Numbered from the stretch's first letter, positions 18,838 through 25,894 are shown. The stretch is 64,000 nucleotides of DNA from an uncultured bacterium (GCA_964558395.1 CAZLDS010000004.1:20897-84896), one strand, 5' to 3'. The notes: a model not told the origin generated them from the letters alone. Translations and numbers: made by a program.

Positions 18838-19745
18838 AAGAGCTTTGCCCCCTCGTGTTCGACGGCGAGTACCTTGATCTGGGACTGCATGGCCCTTCTT
18901 GCCCAGACCTCCGCCATCTCTCCTCCGACTTTTTCGGCGTCCCGGTCAACCAGGGCGGCCACCGTGGACCCCGCGCCGCTGAGAAAGGCAGCGAGGGCTC
19001 CAGCCCGACGAGCCGCCGCGAGGACTTCTTCCATTCCCGGAATCAGCTTGGCCCGATACGGTTGGTGAAGCCGGTCCCGGGTCGCCTCATCCAGCAGGCT
19101 CAGATCCCCCGCGGCCATGGCTGCGACGAAGAGAGCCGATCGTCCGACGTTATGGACCGCGTCAGGAAGCGGGACCTGCGCCGGGAGAGCCCGCCGGGCC
19201 TCTACGGTCCCCAGCTCCATCGCCGGAATGACCGCGACCACCTTGATGACTTCCGGGATTGGAATCTTGACGTACCGGATGCCTGTATCTGACAGAGTCG
19301 TCGCGGTGAGTCCCCCCACCAGTGCGGGTGTCAGGTTATCCGGGTGGCCCTCCAGGGGGAGCGCGAGTCTCAGAACCTCGTCCGGAGAGAGGGACCGTCG
19401 ACTAAGCGCAGCCGCAGCGATGACGCCGCCAAGGCACGAGGTGGCACTCGAGCCCAAGCCGCGCTTCAAAGGAATTTCATTTTTGAGGTGGACCTTGAGC
19501 CCGGGGGAACTAACTCCGAGATAGCTAAAGGTAGCTCGAGCCGCACGCAACACTAAAGAACGGTCCCCCACCTTCCGGAGGCGCTCGGCTCCTTCACCCT
19601 CAACAGTGAACTCGACGCCGCGAGAGGTTGCCTCGATCTCGATGGTGTTGTAGAGGCCGAGGGCCAAGCCCAAGACGTCGAACCCTGAGCCCAAATTGGC
19701 GCTCGATGCGGGGACCCTGACCCGGACCCTTTGTCCTTCGCTCAT
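18834..19745 (-). CDS. thrB: Homoserine kinase
   Basis: 303 aa. GHMP kinase motif PLKRGLGSSATS and the N-terminus RVRVPASSANLGSGFD, typical of ThrB. Confidence 0.9.
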   Translation of the reverse strand: MSEGQRVRVRVPASSANLGSGFDVLGLALGLYNTIEIEATSRGVEFTVEGEGAERLRKVGDRSLVLRAARATFSYLGVSSPGLKVHLKNEIPLKRGLGSSATSCLGGVIAAAALSRRSLSPDEVLRLALPLEGHPDNLTPALVGGLTATTLSDTGIRYVKIPIPEVIKVVAVIPAMELGTVEARRALPAQVPLPDAVHNVGRSALFVAAMAAGDLSLLDEATRDRLHQPYRAKLIPGMEEVLAAARRAGALAAFLSGAGSTVAALVDRDAEKVGGEMAEVWARRAMQSQIKVLAVEHEGAKLL

Positions 19746-19808
19746 GAAGGGGTTCTAACAGAATCATGCTGTAAAATCAATCGCCATGGGTGCCGGGATT
19801 TTCCGAGG

Positions 19809-19943
19809 TTAGCAGGTGACGAACTTGTATCCGATGCCGTGAACCGTGAGAATGAAGCGGGCCTTCTCGGGCTCATCCTCCAGTTTTTGTCGCAGTTTCT
19901 GGGCGACACTGCGACGCGCTCGCCTGAATGACCGGGTGCATAA
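19809..19943 (-). pseudogene. Remnant of the C-terminal end of an OmpR/PhoB-type winged-helix DNA-binding domain (no start codon, no receiver)
   Basis: The frame reads LCTRSFRRARRSVAQKLRQKLEDEPEKARFILTVHGIGYKFVTC then stop. LRxKLEDxPxxPxxIxTVxGxGYxF is the recognisable end of OmpR-family effector domains. The frame is offset from the preceding gene by one base and has no ATG, GTG or TTG. Confidence 0.6.
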
Positions 19944-19944
19944 C

Positions 19945-21117
19945 CTAACGCAGCTGCGTCATATCAATGAAGTCGCCGTCTGTCATGACCGCGGCGTGTT
20001 CGATGTAATTCTGGAGTTCGCGCACGTTTCCCGGCCAGTCGTACTGCAGCAGCAGCCGGAGGGTCCTGGGCGTGACCCCACTAATCTGCTTGTCATTGTT
20101 TGAGTTCAGTTGCTGGATGAAGTGATGAACGAGCAGGGGGATATCATCTTTTCGCTCCCTCAAGGGGGGCATCGTGACGCTGATGACATCGAGCCGATAG
20201 AACAGGTCTTCCCGGAAGCGGCCAGCCTTGACGAGGCCCTTCAGGTCTTGATTCGTCGCCACGATAATACGCACATCGACCCGGGTCGACTGACTCTGTC
20301 CCACCCGTCGAAACTCCCGATTATGAATCACCCGCAACAGCTTCGCCTGAAGCGGCAGTGGCAACTCCGCCACCTCGTCCAGGAACACCGTCCCCGTATC
20401 TCCGAGTTGGAAGACTCCTACGCGATCCCCCACTGCTGACGTGAAGGCCCCCCGGACATGGCCAAACATCTCGCTCTCCATGAGCCCTTCGGGAATCGCC
20501 GCACAATCCAACACGACGAAGGGGCGGCCTGCGCGGCGGCCACTATCATGAATTGCCCGGGCCACCAACTCTTTCCCGGTGCCACTTTCCCCATAGATAC
20601 AGACGTTGGCCTCTGAGTGAGCTACTTTCATGACCCAGCCATACACCTCGCGCATCGCGTCGGATTTGCCGACGATCTGATCCGCAAATAGCCATTCCTC
20701 ATTGCTCTTATGAGGCTTGGCCAACGCAGGACCGCCCTCGGCACTTAAGTGGCTGCGTGTCAACACGCGTTCCATGACGGCCAGCAACGACGCACGCGAA
20801 AATGGCTTACTCAGGACGTCAAAGGCCCCGGCGGCCGTGCACTCAGCCAGCAAGGCGCTGTCGGCCGTTCCCGCGATGACGACGATGGCCGCATTCGGGG
20901 CCTGGCGCTGAATAGTCGTGAAGAACTTCCGTCCATCCGCGGACGTCTCGTCCAGATCGACGAAGACGGCATAAAATTGCTTTTCCTTTAGGAGCTGAGG
21001 TGCGTCAGCCCAGGATGCAATCGCCACCCTCGTGACCCAAGGCGAGGAGAGAAGCGGCTTCGTATATTCCGCGGCCGCTGAGGAACTTCCCACGATCAGG
21101 ACCTGGGGTGCCTTCAT
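19945..21117 (-). CDS. Sigma-54-dependent AAA+ activator (bEBP) with a degenerate receiver and no C-terminal HTH
   Basis: Walker A GESGTGKE, sigma-54 contact loop GAFTSA (variant of GAFTGA), and NVRELQN near the end. The protein stops 17 aa later with no Fis-type HTH. The N-terminal REC has GSSS in place of the acidic DD pair. Confidence 0.85.
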   Translation of the reverse strand: MKAPQVLIVGSSSAAAEYTKPLLSSPWVTRVAIASWADAPQLLKEKQFYAVFVDLDETSADGRKFFTTIQRQAPNAAIVVIAGTADSALLAECTAAGAFDVLSKPFSRASLLAVMERVLTRSHLSAEGGPALAKPHKSNEEWLFADQIVGKSDAMREVYGWVMKVAHSEANVCIYGESGTGKELVARAIHDSGRRAGRPFVVLDCAAIPEGLMESEMFGHVRGAFTSAVGDRVGVFQLGDTGTVFLDEVAELPLPLQAKLLRVIHNREFRRVGQSQSTRVDVRIIVATNQDLKGLVKAGRFREDLFYRLDVISVTMPPLRERKDDIPLLVHHFIQQLNSNNDKQISGVTPRTLRLLLQYDWPGNVRELQNYIEHAAVMTDGDFIDMTQLR

Positions 21118-21366
21118 AGAAACCTCCAATCCAATTAGGAGGGGCTATCTATCTTATAAGAAAGAGGTGTTCGGGTGAGAATCGGGGCGCGACCCTTTTT
21201 TCATCCCGGGGAAAATCCCGTGCTTTACCTCGGGGAGCACCCAATGAAATCGTAGGAAAATCCTCGAAGAGGGCAATCGCCCCCACTACCTAGTCAGATA
21301 CTTCTCGCTTCATCATATATCCATTCGCCCCTGCCCGACGAGCGAGCGATCTCGCTGACCCACACG

Positions 21367-21381
21367 TGGCTGCCGCCTTGC
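21367..21381 (+). promoter_or_regulatory. Sigma-54-like -24/-12 element in the intergenic region next to the bEBP gene
   Basis: TGGCTGCCGCCTTGC compared with TGGCACG-N4-TTGC. The GG and TTGC are at exact consensus spacing. It is divergent from the bEBP gene, whose start lies 250 bp away. Confidence 0.3.
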
Positions 21382-21553
21382 GGATCTTTGGAAATTCCCA
21401 TGAAAGGCCTGTCTGGGATTCAGCACACAAGCATTGGAAGGAAGATGCTTGTCCGGCGGTTGTCTCCCTGGGTATTCCGGGCAATCATGACTCCGAGCTT
21501 CACCTTCACCACCCCCGAGTCAACCACGGGGGCATCGGCGGCTGACACATTAC

Positions 21554-21582
21554 GAAAAACCACACACGTACACTCCTACGTG
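21554..21582 (-). terminator. Candidate intrinsic terminator of the ccdA / redoxin operon
   Basis: The minus strand reads CACGTA-GGAGTG-TACGTG, followed 4 nt later by GGTTTTTCG. It lies 36 nt after the TAG stop at 21618. Confidence 0.4.
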
Positions 21583-21617
21583 CAGGAAAGTTGCAGACCC
21601 GGACGCGCAAAGCCAGC

Positions 21618-22166
21618 CTATTCACCCAGGAGGTGTCCAATCATCGCCTCCATCTCGGCGTATCCTCCCTCACCGATACGCGTGTAACGGATGATCCCCT
21701 GCTTGTCAATGAGGTGAAGGGTAGGCCAGTATCGGGTGCGGTATCGGTTCCATGTGGCAAAGTCGTTGTCGAGGGCGACTGGATACGAGATCCCCAGCTC
21801 TTTGCAGGCTGATGTCACCTTGTCCAGCGGCTTTTCCCAACCAAACTCGGGTGAGTGGATGCCAATGATCGCGAGACCCTGAGGCCCGAATCGTTTATGC
21901 CAATCCACCAACTGGGGGATTGTGTTCCGACAGTTTATTCACCCGTAGGTCCAAAATTCCAGAAGGATAACCTTTCCGCGAAGATCGGCGAGGCGCACCG
22001 GTGCAGAATTGATCCACACCTGGTTGGTGAGCTCTGGGGCCCGCTGGCCGATCAGTGATGCTTCTACCCACGCCAGCGAGAGCCATACGATCCCCAGCGT
22101 GGTGACGATAATCCAAGGTTTGAAACGTCTTTGGGTTCTCATCGCTTGCGCTGACAACGGAATCAT
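21618..22166 (-). CDS. TlpA / DipZ-C-terminal-type thioredoxin-fold thiol:disulfide oxidoreductase; probable selenoprotein (UxxC) with in-frame TGA at 21941-21939
   Basis: ORFs 21939-22166 and 21618-21911 are in the same frame and are separated only by a TGA. Read-through gives LRGKVILLEFWTYG-U-INCRNTIPQLVDWHKRFGPQGLAIIGIHSPEF...YWPTLHLIDKQGIIRY, with the TGA exactly at the first Cys of the redox CxxC. There is an N-terminal signal anchor, and ccdA lies immediately upstream. Confidence 0.8.
21901..21922 (-). promoter_or_regulatory. Candidate bacterial SECIS hairpin for the redoxin UGA
   Basis: The mRNA CAAUCCCC-CAGUU-GG(U)GGAUUG starts 20 nt after the UGA. It has an 8-bp stem with a bulged U and GU in the apical loop, which lies about 28-32 nt from the UGA. 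Confidence 0.45.
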
Positions 22167-22240
22167 AATCTGTTGCTTCGCTTAACCCATATTAGGCCGG
22201 GCGGGCGAGAAGAGAAAGCCGGAAATCCTCTCGGGAGGTG

Positions 22241-22987
22241 TTAGAGACGCTGAAAGAGCCATTCAGGCGTGAAGTGCAGCGCGAAAGTCGAGAGGAGGGT
22301 GAAATAGTCCGTCAAAAGCAATACGCCCACTAGGATGAGCAAGAGACCGCTCCCGCGACTCACCCAGGGGAGCAGGCGCGTGAACCGACGGAAGAAGTAG
22401 AGGAACCGCTCAAAAAGCAGCGCGCTGAGAAAGAAAGGAATGGCGAGCCCCGCGGAGTAGGCCACGAGCAGGAGGATGCCCTGCCCGACGGTCTGGGAGG
22501 TGCTTGCCATGACCAGGATCGAACCGAGAATGGGGCCCACACACGGAATCCATCCGGCGGCAAAGGTCACGCCTACCAGGAAGGCCCCCAGGTAGCCACC
22601 GGGTTGGACCTTCAAGTCCACGTGTCTTTCTCGCATCAGGAACGGGAGGCTGAGCCATCCGGCGATGTGCAGCCCAAACAGAATAACCAACAGCCCACCG
22701 ATTTTGCGAATGACGAGCTGATAATCAAACAGGACCTGGCCGAGTGCGGTTGCTGAGGCCCCGAAGGCGATGAATATGCTCGAGAATCCAACAATAAAGG
22801 CCACGGAATGCGAGAGGAGAAGGCGTCGATTCTTGGCATGAGGAGCTGAGCCTTGCACCTCCTCCACGGAGAGACCACCTACGAAAGCGAGGTAGGAAGG
22901 GATGAGGGGAAAGACACAGGGCGAAAGGAACGAGAGCAGACCTGCCCCCATGGCTACCAAGACCGATACTTGCGCCGCCGCGCTCAT
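22241..22987 (-). CDS. ccdA: Cytochrome c biogenesis / thiol-reductant transfer membrane protein CcdA (DsbD core family)
   Basis: 248 aa with 6 or more TM segments. The two conserved membrane Cys motifs are present: LSPCVFPLIPSYL and WIPCVGPILGSIL. Confidence 0.9.
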   Translation of the reverse strand: MSAAAQVSVLVAMGAGLLSFLSPCVFPLIPSYLAFVGGLSVEEVQGSAPHAKNRRLLLSHSVAFIVGFSSIFIAFGASATALGQVLFDYQLVIRKIGGLLVILFGLHIAGWLSLPFLMRERHVDLKVQPGGYLGAFLVGVTFAAGWIPCVGPILGSILVMASTSQTVGQGILLLVAYSAGLAIPFFLSALLFERFLYFFRRFTRLLPWVSRGSGLLLILVGVLLLTDYFTLLSTFALHFTPEWLFQRL

Positions 22988-23034
22988 CTCTTGAAAAATC
23001 CTCCGTCGCTCCGCGTTTCTTTCTCCATCTGATC

Positions 23035-23086
23035 ATAGTAACGGCCGGGACGGCATTTGGCAACGGTCCCCCATCCCCTCGCTTCC
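23035..23086 (-). promoter_or_regulatory. Candidate promoter region of ccdA
   Basis: The minus strand has TTGCCA-17 nt-TACTAT (23063-23035). Overlapping it is GGAAG-N17-GTT (23086-23062), a weaker relative of the GGAAT-N18-GTT elements at 24.6-24.8 kb. Confidence 0.3.
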
Positions 23087-23186
23087 CCGCATGCCCACAA
23101 TCCCTCGGTGCCCGCGGCTCCCCACGCCGCCGTAACTTTCGGGTCGCGAGGAGGTGTCCTTCGGAGGACCGGCGTGCCAGGTCGAC

Positions 23187-24002
23187 TCAAGGGTGGCTGC
23201 CTTCGGAAAAGACGAGGGCACACTCGACGAGCTCGTCCCAGCCTACATCCGACACCAGCGCGTAAGTCATGTCCCCGCTATCCCAAAGGAGGATGTGTTT
23301 TCCCTGATACGCAGCGCTATAAAAGACCATACCCGATAGCTCCACCTTCTCGAGGCCCTCCAGCGAACCGCCATATCGCGGAAAGGCGAAGAGTGAGATG
23401 ATGTTTCGTCCCTTTTCGTACAGGATATACGCCGCCCGATGACCGGCCAGACGCGTGACCCGGCTACCGAGCAGCCGGATCCCCGCAGCGCTATAGTCCG
23501 GCACCCGGACGCGATGCCCGGTGCGCCCTTGAACCCAGACGGCCACCTGCTGGAGGTTCTCACTGGAAAGCTCTGTGGGGTTTTCGAGGGGGGCGAACTT
23601 CATGTGTTCCATGACCAGTTGAGCGACGAGCGGGTGAAGTGCGGGCGGCAAGCGGGGCGTCGCAATCAGATATCCGAGGAGTCCCCCGAGGAAGATGAGA
23701 AGCACCGAGGCGGCCAACGCCAACCACGACGCACGCCACCCCCAGCTCGACGTCCGAGCGGACCGCTTCCCTCCCTCGTCCAGCTCCCCAATCCTCGCTC
23801 GGAGCTTCTCCGCGACATGGGGCGGAACTGGTTCCTGAGAAACCGCCCTTCTGAGTTCTTCCCGGAATGCGTGTTCCGCCTCGACAGCCCGCTGGCAGGA
23901 AGGGCACTCCTGAAGATGCCCTTCGACCTCTAACGTCATCGAGGCGTTAAGTTCCCCGTCGCAATACGCTTGAAGAAACCGTGCAACCTCAGGACACCTC
24001 AT
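23187..24002 (-). CDS. Membrane-spanning anti-sigma factor with an N-terminal zinc-binding (zf-HC2 / ZAS-type HxxxCxxC) domain
   Basis: MRCPEVARFLQAYCDGELNASMTLEVEGHLQECPSCQ, then one TM segment (WLALAASVLLIFLGGLLGYLI) and an extracytoplasmic domain of about 160 aa. ATG 24002 is preceded by GGAGGA. It sits directly after the ECF sigma gene. Confidence 0.85.
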   Translation of the reverse strand: MRCPEVARFLQAYCDGELNASMTLEVEGHLQECPSCQRAVEAEHAFREELRRAVSQEPVPPHVAEKLRARIGELDEGGKRSARTSSWGWRASWLALAASVLLIFLGGLLGYLIATPRLPPALHPLVAQLVMEHMKFAPLENPTELSSENLQQVAVWVQGRTGHRVRVPDYSAAGIRLLGSRVTRLAGHRAAYILYEKGRNIISLFAFPRYGGSLEGLEKVELSGMVFYSAAYQGKHILLWDSGDMTYALVSDVGWDELVECALVFSEGSHP

Positions 24003-24018
24003 CCGTCCTCCTTCTAAC

Positions 24019-24567
24019 CTATTCGCTCTTCGTGTAGTCCTGAAGAGCGTCTCGCAACGCCTGCCGGCCACGGTACAGCCGCGACATCACGGTCCCGATG
24101 GGACACTGGGAGATCTCTGCGATCTCCCGATAGCTACAGCCCTCGAGATCCGCCAGGACCACCGTCAGGCGCAGCTTCGGCGGAAGGGCCGCGATGGCCC
24201 GCTGAATCTCCTCGCCCGTCAACCGGCGAATGAGATCGACCTCGGGAGCCCGGGACATCACGCTCCCGCGCTCCGCCTCCCGGTAGACTCGCTCCTCGTC
24301 AAAGTCGACTCCCTGCGCAGAGGCCTGCCGGATCCGATTAACAAAGAGATTGTGCAAGATGGCAAAGAGCCAAGCCCGACAATCGGTCCCCTGTTGGAAC
24401 TGATGGAAGAAGCGGTATGCCCTGAGGAACGTCTCTTGAAAAAGATCCTCCGCCTCGCTCTTATTTCGCGTGAGCCGCAGGGCCGCGTTGTATATTCGCT
24501 GCATATGGACCAGGGCAATCTCCTCAAATTCTTGCCGCCCTGGGTCTCCGCGATCGGGCCCCATCAC
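24019..24567 (-). CDS. ECF-type RNA polymerase sigma-70 family factor
   Basis: 182 aa. Region 2 (AEDLFQETFLRAYRFF ... WLFAILHNLFVNRIR) and region 4 (CSYREIAEISQCPIGTVMSRLYRGRQAL) are present. The start is GTG 24567 or ATG 24564. Confidence 0.9.
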   Translation of the reverse strand: MMGPDRGDPGRQEFEEIALVHMQRIYNAALRLTRNKSEAEDLFQETFLRAYRFFHQFQQGTDCRAWLFAILHNLFVNRIRQASAQGVDFDEERVYREAERGSVMSRAPEVDLIRRLTGEEIQRAIAALPPKLRLTVVLADLEGCSYREIAEISQCPIGTVMSRLYRGRQALRDALQDYTKSE

Positions 24568-24611
24568 CTGCTCCTGATGAAGGGGGAAAGGGCCCCATTC
24601 TCGTTCACGGG

Positions 24612-24638
24612 AACAGCCCCACCACCGAGAATATTCCC
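24612..24638 (-). promoter_or_regulatory. ECF (SigR/SigH-type) promoter candidate upstream of the ECF sigma gene
   Basis: The minus strand reads GGGAATA-N16-TGTT, i.e. GGAAT-N18-GTT. It ends 45 nt upstream of the sigma gene start. Confidence 0.5.
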
Positions 24639-24729
24639 TTTCCCAGAGAGATGCCCCTTCATCTTCAACAAATCCCCCGCAGCTGTCAACCGGATCGCCG
24701 ACCCCTCACGCGCCTTTTCGCCAAAATCA

Positions 24730-24756
24730 GGGAATAACATGCACCATCACCCTGTT
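24730..24756 (+). promoter_or_regulatory. ECF (SigR/SigH-type) promoter candidate upstream of the DUF3179 selenoprotein gene
   Basis: The plus strand reads GGGAATA-N16-TGTT, with identical hexamers and spacing to the divergent copy at 24612-24638. It ends about 60 nt upstream of ATG 24818. Confidence 0.5.
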
Positions 24757-24817
24757 GAACGCATATAAGAAGGACACTTGAGGGAGGGCAACGGAGAAAA
24801 GGGAGTTGGTTCTGGGT

Positions 24818-25894
24818 ATGAAGCAATATGTCTCGGCTGAACTGTCAGTCCTCGCACTTTTGTGGGTAATTCCTACTCTCGCTGGCCCCCTTCCTTATCA
24901 AGGCAGTCTGATCATCGACGGAGCCCCGGTGATCACCGTCCTCGGCAAAGATGCCATCCCGGCCACCAACCGGCCGGAGTTTATGTCGGTCCAGGAACCC
25001 AGTCCAGACTTCCGGGACGACGAACCGGTTCTGGGGGTACGGCGAGGCACGGTGGCCCGGGCCTATTCCCTCTGGCAACTAAACCACCACGAAATTGTCA
25101 ACGACCAGGTGGGAGATCTCCCACTCGCCATTACGTGGTGACCCCTCTGTTTCACGGGCATCGTGTATGTCCGACCAACATATCAGGGAAAACCACTCAC
25201 CTTCGGCGTCAGTGGGATGCTCTGGAAAGACGCCCTCGTCATGTATGATCGGGAGACCGAAACCCTGTGGAGCCACTTTAACGCCAGGGCCATCCACGGG
25301 ACGCTCCGGGGGACGGAGCTCAAACCTTACCCTGCGATTCACACAACATGGGGGGAGTGGAAGCAACTCTATCCCAATAGCAAGGTGCTGTCGAAAAGAG
25401 CGACGCTCGGGGGTATCAGAGGTCCCCATAACGTGTACGCCGGGTATATGGCCGACCCGAATCAGCTCGGGATCTTCGGGACGCGCAATCCGGACCACAC
25501 CCTGCCTGGAAAGGAGCACGTCTTTGGCCTCAAGTTCAAGGACGAGAGGGTGGCCTACCCGCTTCAATATCTGCGTCGCTCTCCGCTGGTCCATGACACG
25601 GTGGCTGGCGAACCGGTCCTCGTGGTGTTCATCGCCCGGGAAGCTACGGCAGTCGCCCTATCTCGTCATGTCGGGGGAAAGACCCTGGACTTCGCGCGTC
25701 TCCGTCAAACCGCAAGAAAATGGCTCATTGAGGATACGTTAACTGGGTCCAGATGGAGGGCACTGAATGGTGAAGCGATCGCTGGCCCACTGAAAGGGTC
25801 CCGCGTCACACCACTGCCAGGACACCAGGTCTTTTGGTTCGCGTGGAAGGGGTTCTACCCGCACACGCGTCTGTGGACCGGAAATAAACCTTGA
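24818..25894 (+). CDS. DUF3179 family exported protein; probable selenoprotein (U-P-L-C) with in-frame TGA at 25139-25141
   Basis: ORFs 24806-25141 and 25163-25894 share a frame. Read-through gives DEPVLGVRRGTVARAYSLWQLNHHEIVNDQVGDLPLAITW-U-PLCFTGIVYVRPTYQGKPLTFGVSGMLWKDALVMYDRETETLWSH, which matches DUF3179 blocks on both sides of the TGA. The TGA sits at the first Cys of the family CPLC motif. An N-terminal signal peptide is present. Confidence 0.8.

Noticed and set aside
21388-21687. 99-aa plus-strand ORF, and the 64-aa minus-strand ORF at 21290-21484, in the bEBP-redoxin gap.
   Set aside because: Their composition is implausible, neither has an RBS, and the plus ORF runs antisense into the redoxin gene. 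The region is treated as non-coding or possible sRNA instead.
23165-23179. Perfect -24 box TGGCACG on the minus strand just after the anti-sigma gene.
   Set aside because: The -12 position reads TCCT instead of TTGC, with no GC at the required spacing.
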